From Propionibacteriaceae bacterium (GTDB lineage Bacteria; Actinomycetota; Actinomycetes; Propionibacteriales; Propionibacteriaceae): a DNA stretch of 46,735 bases. Made by a program: the position numbers and the translations under genes. The DNA lies in NCBI GenBank assembly GCA_036519615.1, contig DATDKX010000292.1, positions 1-46,735 of the forward strand, in the 5' to 3' direction. Each line of letters opens with the position of its first letter. Position 1 is the stretch's first letter. The notes beneath the pieces are model-generated. The model saw nothing but the letters and a program-made list of their open reading frames with translations. It was not told where the DNA came from and did no database searches. This document shows, one piece after another, positions 35,558 through 46,427 of the stretch.

Positions 35558-36522
35558 TGCCTGGGAACAGCCAACGCAAAGGCGCGGTACGGCGTAAGGG
35601 CAGGGGCAATACCGCTGGTTCGGGAGGCCGCGTAAAGCGCGGGCTCGAGGGAAAGGGTCCAACGCCGAAGGCAGAGGATCGGCCTTATCACTCTGCCTAT
35701 CGGGCAAAGAAAGCCGCTGGTCAGCACAAAGCCGGCCGCCCATCGGCGTCCAAGACCGGGCGCCCTGGATCTGGCCCCGAATGGGTGGCCGGCCGCAATG
35801 CAGTGTTGGAGGCGATGGAGGCGGAGGTCCCGATCCGAGCCGCGTACGTCGCCGAGGGCGCCGAACGCGACGATCGGCTCCGCAGCATCGTCAAGCTCGC
35901 GGCGAGCCGCGGCACAGCGTTGCTCGAAGTGACCCGTGCTGAGCTTGATCGGCTGACAGGCGGCGCCGTCCACCAGGGCGTGGCATTGCAACTGCCGGCC
36001 TTCGAGTACGCCCACCCAGATGACCTGCTCGCGGCTGCTCTCGACTCCGATCATGAGCCGCTCATCGTTGCCCTGGACTCGATCACCGACCCACGCAATC
36101 TTGGAGCGATCGTCCGGTCGGCCGCGGCGTTCGGCGCCAACGGTGTACTGATTCCGGAACGCCGCTCGGCCGGTATGACAGCAGCGGCCTGGAAGACTTC
36201 TGCCGGCGCCGCGGCCCACATCCCGATTGCCCGGGCAACAAACCTCAACCGCACCCTGCGCACGTACGCCGACGCAGGGCTGAGCCTGGTTGGCCTAGAC
36301 GGCAGCGCCGAGACGACAATCTCCGAGCTAACCGGTGCGTCCGGGCCCTTGGTGCTGGTGGTCGGCAGCGAGGGAGCGGGCTTGTCCCGACTGATCCTCC
36401 AGGCCTGCGACTCTCTGGCGGCGATTCCGATCAGCAAGAGTGTCGAATCCCTTAATGCCGGGGTGGCGGCGGGAATCGCCCTCTATGAAATCTCACGACG
36501 GCGTGTCGGACGGCTGGACTAA
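35557..36522 (+). CDS. rlmB: 23S rRNA Gm2251 2'-O-methyltransferase
   Basis: HQGV, DPRNLGAIVRSA, VGSEG-GL, ESLNAGVAAG (SPOUT); follows cysS. Confidence 0.93.
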   Translation: MPGNSQRKGAVRRKGRGNTAGSGGRVKRGLEGKGPTPKAEDRPYHSAYRAKKAAGQHKAGRPSASKTGRPGSGPEWVAGRNAVLEAMEAEVPIRAAYVAEGAERDDRLRSIVKLAASRGTALLEVTRAELDRLTGGAVHQGVALQLPAFEYAHPDDLLAAALDSDHEPLIVALDSITDPRNLGAIVRSAAAFGANGVLIPERRSAGMTAAAWKTSAGAAAHIPIARATNLNRTLRTYADAGLSLVGLDGSAETTISELTGASGPLVLVVGSEGAGLSRLILQACDSLAAIPISKSVESLNAGVAAGIALYEISRRRVGRLD

Positions 36523-36558
36523 TGTAGGCGGCGCCCGGTTTTCATCTCAGGAGTGCTC

Positions 36559-38085
36559 GTGACCGACATCCTTTCGCCCGCCGCCCAAAACGAAGCCCCG
36601 CAGAATGAAGTCCCCCAAGATGAAGCCGGGGAGACCCAACGCTCGGGCTTCGACTATTGGAAAAACGCCTCACAGGCCTACCGTGCAGCACTCTCGGTTA
36701 TCGAAACCGTGGAGCCGCGAATCTCTGGTGCCATTCGGTCCGAATTGAGCGACCAGCGCGGCTCGCTGAAGCTCATCGCCTCGGAAAACTACGCATCTCC
36801 CGCCGTGCTGCTGACTATGGGCAGCTGGCTGTCCGACAAGTACGCCGAGGGGACGATTGGACATCGCTTCTACGCCGGCTGCCAGAACATCGACACGGTC
36901 GAGGCGGTCGCAGCCGAGCACGCGCGGGAACTGTTCGGCGCCGAATACGCCTACGCCCAGCCGCACTCCGGAATCGACGCCAATCTGGTGGCCTTCTGGG
37001 CCATCCTCGCCAACCGGATCGAGCTGCCTGAGCTGGCTGCTCTAGGCGCGAAGAGTGTCAACGACCTGACCGAAGCGCAGTGGGAGGAGCTGCGGCACAA
37101 ATTCGGCAACCAGCGCGCACTCGGCATGTCCCTAGATGCTGGCGGTCACCTCACCCACGGCTTCCGGCCGAACATCTCCGGCAAGATGTTCCATCAGCGC
37201 TCGTACGGGACTGATCACGAAACCCAGCTACTCGACTATGACGCGGTACGCGCGATAGCCCGGGAGTTTCAACCGTTGATCTTGATCGCCGGCTACTCCG
37301 CATATCCGCGGCGGATCAACTTCGCAAAAATGCGGGAGATTGCCGACGAAGTCGGCGCGACCCTGCTGGTTGACATGGCCCACTTCGCCGGCCTGGTAGC
37401 GGGAAAGGTCTTTACCGGCGATGAGGATCCGGTGCCACATGCACACCTCGTCACAACAACGACTCACAAGTCATTGCGCGGCCCCCGCGGCGGACTGGTA
37501 CTGGCCACCAAGGAGTATGCGGACTCGGTTGACCGCGGTTGCCCGCTCGTGCTGGGTGGCCCCCTCGGCCACGTAATCGCATCGAAGGCGGTAGCCCTAG
37601 CCGAGGCGCGGACCCAGGAGTTTCAGGTGTACGCGCAGGCGGTTGCGGATAATGCCAAGATCTTGGCCGACGGCTTGCTGCGACGCGGCGCGAAGCTGGT
37701 CACCGGCGGCACCGACAACCACCTCGTACTGATTGATGTGGCGACCTTCGGGCTGACCGGCCGCCAGGCTGAGGCCGCACTGCTGGACGCCGGAATCGTC
37801 ACGAATCGCAACGCCGTGCCAGCCGATCCCAATGGCGCCTGGTACACCTCTGGGGTGCGTATCGGTACGCCGGCGCTGACGACTCGCGGATTCGGTGCCG
37901 AGGAGTTCGACAAAGTCGCTGAGCTGATTGTGAACGTGTTGAAGAACACCAGCCCAGTCATTGCCTCCAGCGGTCAACCGGGCAAGGCTAAGTATGTGCT
38001 CGCCGACGGTGTCGCCGAGGCCACCAAGGCCGCGTCAGCGGAGCTCCTCGATGCCAACCCGCTCTACCCAGGGCTTGCTCTATAG
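36559..38085 (+). CDS. glyA: Serine hydroxymethyltransferase (long type)
   Basis: [54 protein letters not shown]. Confidence 0.97.
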   Translation: MTDILSPAAQNEAPQNEVPQDEAGETQRSGFDYWKNASQAYRAALSVIETVEPRISGAIRSELSDQRGSLKLIASENYASPAVLLTMGSWLSDKYAEGTIGHRFYAGCQNIDTVEAVAAEHARELFGAEYAYAQPHSGIDANLVAFWAILANRIELPELAALGAKSVNDLTEAQWEELRHKFGNQRALGMSLDAGGHLTHGFRPNISGKMFHQRSYGTDHETQLLDYDAVRAIAREFQPLILIAGYSAYPRRINFAKMREIADEVGATLLVDMAHFAGLVAGKVFTGDEDPVPHAHLVTTTTHKSLRGPRGGLVLATKEYADSVDRGCPLVLGGPLGHVIASKAVALAEARTQEFQVYAQAVADNAKILADGLLRRGAKLVTGGTDNHLVLIDVATFGLTGRQAEAALLDAGIVTNRNAVPADPNGAWYTSGVRIGTPALTTRGFGAEEFDKVAELIVNVLKNTSPVIASSGQPGKAKYVLADGVAEATKAASAELLDANPLYPGLAL

Positions 38086-38111
38086 AACACTGACGCTCGA
38101 AGGACTCAGGC

Positions 38112-38321
38112 ATGGAGCCGACGACAATAACGACGATCTTCATGATCCTGTTTGCCATCGGCGTCACGAGCTGGGCGGTCTACTGTTGGTTCAGCGACTG
38201 GCAACCCGAGGTCCGGCGGTACCTGACGGCTGAGGAAAAGATGGAGGCCGAGATCCAAGCCGCCGTACGTCAGATGCGGCAGGCCATTGAAGACTACGAG
38301 CGGGGCGATCGGCACCTCTGA
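38112..38321 (+). CDS. Small membrane protein, hypothetical
   Basis: Single N-terminal TM segment; RBS AAGGA. Confidence 0.5.
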   Translation: MEPTTITTIFMILFAIGVTSWAVYCWFSDWQPEVRRYLTAEEKMEAEIQAAVRQMRQAIEDYERGDRHL

Positions 38322-38359
38322 TCGGCAACGCGTCATCAGCCCTCACCTAATCTCTATAT

Positions 38360-38698
38360 ATGCGCCGTGTCATTGTTGCCACCGTCCTCGGCTTCACCGC
38401 CCTCTTGGGATTGACCTCATGTGCTCAAACAAACATCCAGGCGGCTGACGTTTACAAGATCGGTTGCCCCGCCGTGGACGTGGCAGTCGGAGGTGGCTCT
38501 GCGGTGAGCAAAGTGACAGTGGCCGGACTCAAGAAGCTCAGCGCGTCCGGCAAGCTCGATCCCGAGCCGCAACGATGGGTGGACGCCACCATCAGCCTTT
38601 TGGAGTCCGACGACCCCAAGAATCCTCCATCCGACGCCAAGAAGTTGATCATCGACGGTTGTGCGAAGAATGGCTATCCCCTGCAAAATCTCCACTGA
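38360..38698 (+). CDS. Putative lipoprotein
   Basis: MRRVIVATVLGFTALLGLTSC signal peptide and lipobox. Confidence 0.7.
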   Translation: MRRVIVATVLGFTALLGLTSCAQTNIQAADVYKIGCPAVDVAVGGGSAVSKVTVAGLKKLSASGKLDPEPQRWVDATISLLESDDPKNPPSDAKKLIIDGCAKNGYPLQNLH

Positions 38699-39852
38699 TT
38701 AGCGCAATGAGTAGGTGATCGGCCCTCCAGGCTCGCCGCTTAGCGGCTCTGCTTCGATCGTGCGCCGTTCGTTGTCTCGCAGGCGTGGTTCGTAGTGCGC
38801 GAAGAAGATCTTGCCGACCAGGTCGCGTCGGCTGTGGACGCCGGTTTTGTTGAAGATGCCCTTGAGGTGCTGCTGCACGTAAACGGCGAGACAGCGAGTT
38901 CGCCGGCTATCTGTGAGGTGGAGTTGCCCTGCAAAACGAGCCTGGTCACCTCTTGCTCACGCTCGCTCAGCCGGTACGCCGACATAAGCAGCGATGAAAT
39001 TCGCGCCGGGTGCGCAGGTTCAATGATGACGGCGACCTGTCGAGGCCCAGGAGCGAGAAGGCAGGCGCCGTGCAGTATGACCCAGGTGCCCGCTCGTGAG
39101 AGCACCCGTGCGACGGCGATCTCCGCAGGTAAGTCGGGGTTCTCGGCTGTCCGTCGCGCGCGCCCTGCTACAGCCAGGACTGATGAGGGCAGTTTGCCGG
39201 CGTCCCAATCGCCGTCCGGAAGCTCCCAGAGCCAGCGCTCCACGCCAGGCGTGGTGGACTCAACCTCCCATGACTCGGAGACCACGACCAGCCCCGGCCC
39301 GTCGTGGTACTCGGCCGATATCGCCTGATCGACGAGCAGCGCGCGGCGGGCTCCATAAGCAAGGTGAGGTGTCACCGCCTGGATGAACCGTAGGTCGTCG
39401 GAGTCGAACAGTGGCCGGCCGGGCTCGCGGTACATGCTCAGGGCACCCCAAACCTTTCCAGATTTAGTGCGCAGTGACGCCATCAACTCCTGGTCCGCAC
39501 CGAGCTCGAGGTAGCGGTGCCATCGTGCGCTGATGGTCGGATCACCGTTGGTCGCCTCGTGCAGTGTCGAGATCCCGCTCGTTGAGCGGGCAACCTCGGC
39601 GAGCTTGAGGACGTCGTCCTCGTAGTACTCCAGCGCCTCCCAGTCCGCCGGAAGCTGAGGCATGTAGTCGTTGAAGTGACTGGTCACCAGCAGTGAGGCC
39701 GGATCCATGGTGAACCAGCAGGGACCTTGGTAGTTCGGAATCGTGCTGTTGATAACTGCTGAGGACTCCCGCCAGAAGGTGGCAAGGTCTTGATGCCGAC
39801 GCGCGAGTCGGACAATCCGGTCGAGCGCACGCTCTTTGGCGTACCCGCTCAT
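38699..39852 (-). pseudogene. GAF-like plus LuxR HTH regulator with a 1-bp frameshift in the HTH
   Basis: LSEREQEVTRLVLQGNSTSQIAGELAVSPFT then frame break at 38878; the shifted frame continues VQQHLKGIFNKTGVHSRRDLVGKIF to TAA at 38699. Confidence 0.8.
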
Positions 39853-39887
39853 GGCGCCCACTATAGGAGCGTCGACCCTGCGGACGG

Positions 39888-39905
39888 ATACCACATTTGT
39901 GGAAT
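39888..39905. promoter_or_regulatory. Palindrome ATACCACATTTGTGGAAT, candidate site for the LuxR-type regulator
   Basis: Inverted repeat between the divergent regulator and the MBL gene; a degenerate copy lies 22 bp downstream, next to TAGCGT -10. Confidence 0.45.
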
Positions 39906-40021
39906 AGAAAGCCGCAGACTCTGGGTCTAGCGTCGGATTTCAAGCCCCTCCACACCGCCAAAGTCAGAGGCCAGACAAGAGCAGGGCCGCACAGGAGAGA
40001 AAAGGCATCGGCAAGCCTGCG

Positions 40022-40855
40022 ATGGCCGAATACCCGGAGGAATCGATGCAGATCCACCGCCTCGGACGCGACATCAGCGTTCTTAGTGACCACTTCCCCG
40101 CTCCAGGCATCGGCTTCGTGCCGGTGAACGCATTCGTTCTTCACGCCGCCGAACCGGTCGTTGTCGACACGGGTATGCCAGATCGGGATTTCATGGACAT
40201 CCTCGGCTCAGTCGTTGATCCGCAGGACGTGCGCTGGATTTGGCTCACTCACCCCGACCGCGATCACACGGGTGCTTTGTTCGACCTCCTCGAGGCGGCA
40301 CCGCAGGCGCGGCTGGTCGCAACCTTCCTCAGCATGGGCGCCATGTCAATGGAGCGGCCGATACCGATGGACCGGCTGTATCTGCTGAATCCCGGCCAGA
40401 GCATCGACGTCGGCGATCGGACACTGACCGCCTTCCGGCCGCCGCTATTCGACAACCCGGGCACGATCGGCTTGTTCGATGACAGCTCACGGGCGTGCTT
40501 CACCTCCGACTGCTTCGGCGCCCCACTGACCAGTCCGGAGCTCGCCGTATCCGGCAACCTGGGCGACGTTCCGCTGAACGAGCTCCGGGCACGTCAGCTG
40601 CTGTGGGCCACGGTGGACAGCCCCTGGATCCACACGGTTGATCCAGCGAAATATCTTGCAACCATCGATCCGCTGCGGGTCATGGACCCGGCACTCATCC
40701 TCAGCACACATCTGCCTCCGGCTGCTGGGCGCACCTCGGACTTCCTTCACATGCTCTCGGCAGCACCGCAGGCCGATCCATTCATCGGGCCCGATCAGGA
40801 AGCACTCGAGCAAATGCTCGCCGAATTCGAACCGGCCTCCTCCGCGACCGCGTAG
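40022..40855 (+). CDS. Metallo-beta-lactamase-fold protein (flavodiiron/ODP-like di-iron domain)
   Basis: VVDTG, WLTHPDRDH-G, FTSDCFG, STH. Confidence 0.8.
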   Translation: MAEYPEESMQIHRLGRDISVLSDHFPAPGIGFVPVNAFVLHAAEPVVVDTGMPDRDFMDILGSVVDPQDVRWIWLTHPDRDHTGALFDLLEAAPQARLVATFLSMGAMSMERPIPMDRLYLLNPGQSIDVGDRTLTAFRPPLFDNPGTIGLFDDSSRACFTSDCFGAPLTSPELAVSGNLGDVPLNELRARQLLWATVDSPWIHTVDPAKYLATIDPLRVMDPALILSTHLPPAAGRTSDFLHMLSAAPQADPFIGPDQEALEQMLAEFEPASSATA

Positions 40856-40898
40856 GCCTGAAACTGTCCCGAAACCAGGCAGCTGGCGTAGCAGCAAG

Positions 40899-42644
40899 TT
40901 AGCGGGAAAAGAGGCTGCCGGAAACAGTGGTCACAAAGTTCCTCATCGAGTCGGGTAAGTCGTTCAGGTGCCAGTTCTGTGGCCCGTGATACCAAGAAAG
41001 GTCATAGGAGTCCGGATGCTCGTCAACATCGCTGGCCATGATGGCATCCAGCCAGCGGTCGGCGCCGCCGAGCACGATGGCGTACGGCAACACCTCAGAC
41101 ATCTCTTGCAACTCCCTACCGGGCGGCATCTCATTGGTCGGATGGCTTAGCAAATCTGAACGCAACACACTCAGACCGCCTAACAAGGCAGCACCTTTCG
41201 CCGTACGCGACGGCATCTCCTGCGCGACGAAAACCATGCCGAGAGACACCAGGATCAGCGCCAAACCGACGAGTCCGAACGTGGTGAACGCGGCGAGCAC
41301 ACCGGTAAGAACAACCGAAACGATCAAGGCAGCCAGTGATAGTTGAGTCCATCGATTTCGCGTGTCGTCGGGTCGACGCTCATACCAGCCATTGCTGACC
41401 ATCTCGTCGTAGAGCGCGTTCTGAACTTCGCCGATGGACTCTTGCACCCGGCTGGCCAGCTCCGACACCCGTACGCTCCCGCCTGGCGGGGCAATGCCAT
41501 CGAGCAACTGCTGCTCAAATGGTCGCAAACCGTCAGAGGCTCCATCAACGCGCCTAATCTCCCAGTCGGCCCGGGCAAACTCGCTCTCCCGAGGCAGCTC
41601 GGTGATCACCAGATGCCCGCGCACCGCAAGATCAACTAATGTCGCGGTGACGTCGATGGGATCGACGCGCTCGTCGGCCACCGTACCGACATGGCCCGGC
41701 CGGATATCATCGACCACTCGGAATTCCGATTGCCCAGCACCGGTCGGCACGAATTCGCCGACCTTGCTGATCTGCTGCTTATCCCGGGGAGTACGGCCCC
41801 CCCGCGCCCCTCCGGGGCTGCGATCCACCCCTGCCCGCCGATGAAGGCCATACAACGCAATGGCGCCGAGGGCCAGCAGGCCCAATGCCAGGGCCAGCGG
41901 CAGCGGCTTGGCCGAGAATGCCCGTGCGACCGTCCAGCGATACTCGATCACCTCGTTGGTGGCGACTCCGCCAGGAGGAAAGCCGATGTCGATCGCCACC
42001 ACTTCGCCTTCGCCTCGCGGTCCGTCGCGAAAGGTTGGGATCTGGGCGCTCTCTGTGCCGGCGGCAGCAAAGGTGCAGGGAACGGTGGAGTTTGGGCTGC
42101 CAGCGGTGCACTTGATGTAGCTGAACTGGGTCGGAATCTGCACCGTCGCGCTGAAGTCCGCGACCGAGGCGCTGAGGCCTTGCAGCATTGGCCAGCGCAA
42201 CGCCGTACCGCTGTCGGTGGTGACAACGGCACCAGTGACGGTGTAGTCCATGACCACCTCCGTCGAACCACTCGTGGGCCCATTAGTCGGCACTGCCACG
42301 GTGGTGAAGCGATCATCAGAGTTAATCGCGGGCTGTACGGCAGCGCCTTCGACGGTGGCTGTGATGTCGGACAGCCTTTGAACATATTGGCGATCGCCAA
42401 CCAGGTCTTCGCGGGTCTCGAATTTCTGCGATAACTCCGCCGGCACGACACCGGTGAATCTGATGGTCTGCTTCACTCGCAACGTGCCGTCCTTGGACAG
42501 ATTGCCCTCGGCAATAAACGTCGACGCGGTGCCCTCTGCGTGTGCGGTCAAGGCCAGCGGGCCGGCGAGCAAGCCACAGGTCAAGAGGCAGAACGCGATC
42601 ATCGCACCGATACGGTGCAGCGTCCTTGGGAGGTTGGCGAGCAC
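40899..42644 (-). CDS. DUF2207-domain membrane protein
   Basis: Signal peptide, DVTATLVDLAVRG, RTAKG, LPYAIVLG--DRW; GTG after GGGAGG. Confidence 0.8.
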   Translation of the reverse strand: MLANLPRTLHRIGAMIAFCLLTCGLLAGPLALTAHAEGTASTFIAEGNLSKDGTLRVKQTIRFTGVVPAELSQKFETREDLVGDRQYVQRLSDITATVEGAAVQPAINSDDRFTTVAVPTNGPTSGSTEVVMDYTVTGAVVTTDSGTALRWPMLQGLSASVADFSATVQIPTQFSYIKCTAGSPNSTVPCTFAAAGTESAQIPTFRDGPRGEGEVVAIDIGFPPGGVATNEVIEYRWTVARAFSAKPLPLALALGLLALGAIALYGLHRRAGVDRSPGGARGGRTPRDKQQISKVGEFVPTGAGQSEFRVVDDIRPGHVGTVADERVDPIDVTATLVDLAVRGHLVITELPRESEFARADWEIRRVDGASDGLRPFEQQLLDGIAPPGGSVRVSELASRVQESIGEVQNALYDEMVSNGWYERRPDDTRNRWTQLSLAALIVSVVLTGVLAAFTTFGLVGLALILVSLGMVFVAQEMPSRTAKGAALLGGLSVLRSDLLSHPTNEMPPGRELQEMSEVLPYAIVLGGADRWLDAIMASDVDEHPDSYDLSWYHGPQNWHLNDLPDSMRNFVTTVSGSLFSR

Positions 42645-42747
42645 GAGGTACAGCCTCCCACTAGCGCTATAGGGGCGAGGCGCCGAGCCCAAAATCATCG
42701 ATGCGGAGTCGCGCCCAGCCCTGGTGTGCCCAGTTATCGTTGCGCGT

Positions 42748-43875
42748 GTGAGCCAGCAACCGTGGAGTGGCCGTCAGTATGCACCACCCCAGGGCGCTCC
42801 ACAGGGCTCACCCGGGTACGGATCCTATGGCGCGGGCGCGCGCCCCCGTTGGCAGTCCGGATCCGCCGGCTACTACCAGACCTACCCCTCGCCACGGTTC
42901 GGGCAGCAGTCCTTCGGCGGCGGTGTTTCCCAGTACGGACCTAGAGCTCCCATGCCCGGGCCGCGCAGGAGAAGTCCGCTGCGCATGCTGCTCGGGGTGA
43001 TAATCATCATCGGCCTGATCGCTGTGGCGGGGTTCGCGATCACTGGGCTGAACTCCGAGGCCCCGAACGTGGCTTATCAAAACGACAACTACCAGGTTCC
43101 TTCGCCGGATAGGAACCCGCCGCCGATCCCCGTGCCGCAAACGTACGGTCAAGCGGAGCAGTGGATTACCAAGAGTGCGTTCTACAGCCAGACCACGCCG
43201 GTACCGGTGCGTTGCGATTCCCAGCCAATCAACGTCTCAACCGCCAGCGATGCCCAGCTGAAGTCCCATTTCGAAGGACTCATGGAGTGCTTGGTACGAG
43301 TCTGGGAGCCGCCGATCACAAACGCCGGCTTCACCATCGTCCGGCCGACGGTGACGATTTACGGCGAAGAACTCACCACAAAATGCGGCAAGAGCGGCGT
43401 TAATGCTTTTTACTGCTCAGCCGATCAGCAGGTGTACTACAGCAATCTGCTACCGGAGGCCTTGCCTACGGTGCGAAGAAACAAGTGGACCGCCGATATC
43501 GTCATGGCACACGAGTTCGGTCATGCACTCCAAGGCCGAACCGGTATTTTGATCTCCGCTGCCGCCCTCGGTCAAGACTCTGGCGATAAGGGCACTGAAC
43601 TGCAATACACGCGACGGCTTGAAACTCAGGCCGATTGTTTCTCCGGTATGTTCATGCGTTCGGTGTCGCAATCCATTGGAGTGGAGCAGCAAGATCTCGA
43701 CGGCATTTTGCAAATTTATCTCGCCATTGGCGACGACGAGCTCTCGGGCAATCCTGACATTGTTGGAAACCATGGCGTGGGTCGATCACGCAAATACTGG
43801 GGAAGCACCGGCTTGAGCACCAGCGACGTCGGGAAGTGCAACACGTTCGTCGTTCCATCCAAGTACGTGCGATAG
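42748..43875 (+). CDS. Neutral zinc metallopeptidase (YpfJ/LpqM-like), membrane anchored
   Basis: NAFYC, MAHEFGHALQ, RRLETQADCFSG, HG, CNTF. Confidence 0.9.
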   Translation: MSQQPWSGRQYAPPQGAPQGSPGYGSYGAGARPRWQSGSAGYYQTYPSPRFGQQSFGGGVSQYGPRAPMPGPRRRSPLRMLLGVIIIIGLIAVAGFAITGLNSEAPNVAYQNDNYQVPSPDRNPPPIPVPQTYGQAEQWITKSAFYSQTTPVPVRCDSQPINVSTASDAQLKSHFEGLMECLVRVWEPPITNAGFTIVRPTVTIYGEELTTKCGKSGVNAFYCSADQQVYYSNLLPEALPTVRRNKWTADIVMAHEFGHALQGRTGILISAAALGQDSGDKGTELQYTRRLETQADCFSGMFMRSVSQSIGVEQQDLDGILQIYLAIGDDELSGNPDIVGNHGVGRSRKYWGSTGLSTSDVGKCNTFVVPSKYVR

Positions 43876-43930
43876 CTGTCCCCCGCCACGAGTGCCAACA
43901 TCGCCCTGGGCCTGTCGAAGGTCGCAAAGG

Positions 43931-44416
43931 TCACACGAGAAGCGCGGTCGCGATTGCCGCGATCCCTTCACCACGACCGGTTAGGCCCAGGCCGTCGGTA
44001 GTAGTCGCCGAAAGACTGACGGGCGCCCCGACAGCCTGACTCATCACCAGCTCAGCTTCTGCTCGGCGTGATCCCAGTCTGGGACGATCGCCGATCAGTT
44101 GAACCGCAATATTGGCGATCTCAAAGCCGGCCGCTCGTACCCGCGCCGCAGTCTCAGTCAGAAAGGCTGCGCCTGGGGCATCGGACCACTTTGGGTCAGT
44201 CGTCCCGTAATTGCTGCCAAGATCCCCGAGACCAGCGGCACTCAGCAAGGCATCACAGGCCGCATGGGCCACAACGTCGCCGTCGGAGTGACCGTACGGA
44301 CCAACCTCGTCGTCGTCAAAGAGCAGACATGCAACATTCATCGGCCGGCCAGCCGCAAGCCGATGAACGTCGATGCCGATTCCGGTGCGACGAGGGGCTG
44401 CTGCCTGTGAAGTCAG
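43931..44416 (-). CDS. ispF: 2-C-methyl-D-erythritol 2,4-cyclodiphosphate synthase; start appears to be CTG
   Basis: RTGIGIDVH (upstream of the first ATG), [39 protein letters not shown]. Confidence 0.9.
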   Translation of the reverse strand: MTSQAAAPRRTGIGIDVHRLAAGRPMNVACLLFDDDEVGPYGHSDGDVVAHAACDALLSAAGLGDLGSNYGTTDPKWSDAPGAAFLTETAARVRAAGFEIANIAVQLIGDRPRLGSRRAEAELVMSQAVGAPVSLSATTTDGLGLTGRGEGIAAIATALLV

Positions 44417-44898
44417 GAAGCAAGAACCTCATCGAGCAGGACTTCCGCCTTGTCCTCCTCGACACGCTCCGCCAGTGCCAGCTCAGAGACCAGGATCTGG
44501 CGAGCCTTGGCAAGCATGCGCTTCTCACCTGCGGACAGGCCACGCTCACGCTCCCGGCGCCAGAGGTCGCGAACAACCTCGGCAACCTTCAACACATTGC
44601 CGGAATGCAACTTCTCGAGATTGGCCTTGTACCGGCGCGACCAGTTGGTCGGCTCCTCGGTATGGGGCGCACGGAGAACACCGAAAACTCTTTCCAATCC
44701 GTCAGCGTCGACAACGTCCCGGACTCCTACGAGATCCAGGTTGCACGCAGGTACGCGAACGACGAGATCGGTCTGACCAACAATCCTCAACACCAGATAG
44801 AGCTTCTCTTCGCCCTTAATCTGCCGGGTTTCGATGTCCTCGATGACGGCGGCTCCATGATTGGGGTAGACCACCGTTTCACCGACTGTAAAGGTCAT
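44413..44898 (-). CDS. carD: CarD transcription factor
   Basis: [45 protein letters not shown]. Confidence 0.97.
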   Translation of the reverse strand: MTFTVGETVVYPNHGAAVIEDIETRQIKGEEKLYLVLRIVGQTDLVVRVPACNLDLVGVRDVVDADGLERVFGVLRAPHTEEPTNWSRRYKANLEKLHSGNVLKVAEVVRDLWRRERERGLSAGEKRMLAKARQILVSELALAERVEEDKAEVLLDEVLAS

Positions 44899-45020
44899 AT
44901 TGTTTTGTACCCCTTTCGCGCAACCAAGTTTAGCACGACGACGAGCCTGTACTGGCAGCGTTTGCGCTAGCCAGAGGCCTGTATTGGGGTCTTGTTGGGC
45001 TTGACAACAGGGGCCTTGAT

Positions 45021-45731
45021 GTGCCATCAGTGTGCGCCGCGTCACAACATCCTTACGTCACGTCGCCGATGCCTGCACGAACGGCGATGGTGTCGATAGG
45101 CTGCTCCGCAAAGTATCCCTCAGCCAGGCAGGAGACGGCCATCGTGTTGTGGAAACCGAGTCGAGCAGATCGTACAGGCCACATTGCGCTCCGAACCGGC
45201 CGAACGGCACAGTCACGTAAGAGTGGCGCGAGCCTACTGCTCGTAATTGGGCTGCTCTTTTTGGCTGGCGCCTGCGGTTTTAAGGTCCAGACAAACCAGC
45301 CGTACACCCCGGGTGAGGGAGTCAGCGTCGATGTCGGTGACCCGGCAACTCCAAACAAGGTCGTCCATGTCCGCAACCTGATGATTATCAGCTGGGGGCC
45401 TGGGGAAGGCATTGTTTCCGGCTCGATGGTTACAGCTGATCGGGATTCACTGACCGCCGTGACCGGAATCCCGATAAAAGCAGATGGGTCTGAGGGTGCT
45501 CCGTTCACAGGAACAATCCCGTCAACCGTGGCGCTGGCAAACGGCTTTCAGGTCGTACTCACCGATCAGCCGCCGATCATTGTCAAGAGTCCGGACATCA
45601 TGCCTGGTCTCGACGCGATGCTGACGCTGCAGTTCGAGAATGCCGGCGAGGTAACCACCCGAGTGCCGATTGTGGACGGCAACGAAAGTCAGTACGTGTC
45701 ACTCAAGCCGTCGGCAACACCCAGCGCCTGA
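45021..45731 (+). CDS. Putative lipoprotein, LpqE-like position opposite carD (true start likely downstream of 45021)
   Basis: LLFLAGAC lipobox, [25 protein letters not shown]. Confidence 0.6.
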   Translation: MPSVCAASQHPYVTSPMPARTAMVSIGCSAKYPSARQETAIVLWKPSRADRTGHIALRTGRTAQSRKSGASLLLVIGLLFLAGACGFKVQTNQPYTPGEGVSVDVGDPATPNKVVHVRNLMIISWGPGEGIVSGSMVTADRDSLTAVTGIPIKADGSEGAPFTGTIPSTVALANGFQVVLTDQPPIIVKSPDIMPGLDAMLTLQFENAGEVTTRVPIVDGNESQYVSLKPSATPSA

Positions 45732-45749
45732 GAGGGCAATCGCTGCTAT

Positions 45750-46427
45750 TCACGCTTCAAACTTGTAGCCGAGTCCTCGGACCGTAATCAGGTATCGCGG
45801 ATTGGCGGCGTCGGGCTCGATCTTCGTACGCAGCCGCTTGATGTGGACGTCGAGAGTCTTGGTATCACCGACGTAATCCGACCCCCAGATCCGATCGATG
45901 AGCTGGCCGCGAGTCATCACTCGGCCGGCGTTGCGTAACAGCATTTCCAGCAGCTCAAATTCCTTGAGCGCCAGCTTGATCCGCTGACCGTCGACCGACA
46001 CCTCATGTCGCTCTACGTCCATTCGAACGCCTGCGACCTCGAGAACATCTGGCAGCAACTCGGTGTCCTGCCCACGACGGAGCACCGCACGCATCCGTGC
46101 GACCAACTCACGGTGGCTGAACGGCTTCGTGACGTAGTCGTCGGCACCGAGTTCCAGGCCCACCACCTTGTCGACCTCCGTATCTCGTGCTGTGAGCATG
46201 ATGACCGGTACCGAGCCGCGAAGGCGAAGCTGCCGGAACACCTCTGTACCTGGCATGCCTGGCATCATCAGGTCGAGCAAGACGATGTCAGCCCCGCGAC
46301 GATCAAACTCCGTGATTCCACTGGCTCCATCACGGGCTTCGATCACCTCGAATCCCTCCTTGGAGAGCATGTAGGAGAGGGCGTCTCGATAGGACTCCTC
46401 GTCTTCGACGACGAGCACCCTGGTCAT
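45750..46427 (-). CDS. regX3: OmpR-family response regulator RegX3
   Basis: [63 protein letters not shown]. Confidence 0.93.
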   Translation of the reverse strand: MTRVLVVEDEESYRDALSYMLSKEGFEVIEARDGASGITEFDRRGADIVLLDLMMPGMPGTEVFRQLRLRGSVPVIMLTARDTEVDKVVGLELGADDYVTKPFSHRELVARMRAVLRRGQDTELLPDVLEVAGVRMDVERHEVSVDGQRIKLALKEFELLEMLLRNAGRVMTRGQLIDRIWGSDYVGDTKTLDVHIKRLRTKIEPDAANPRYLITVRGLGYKFEA

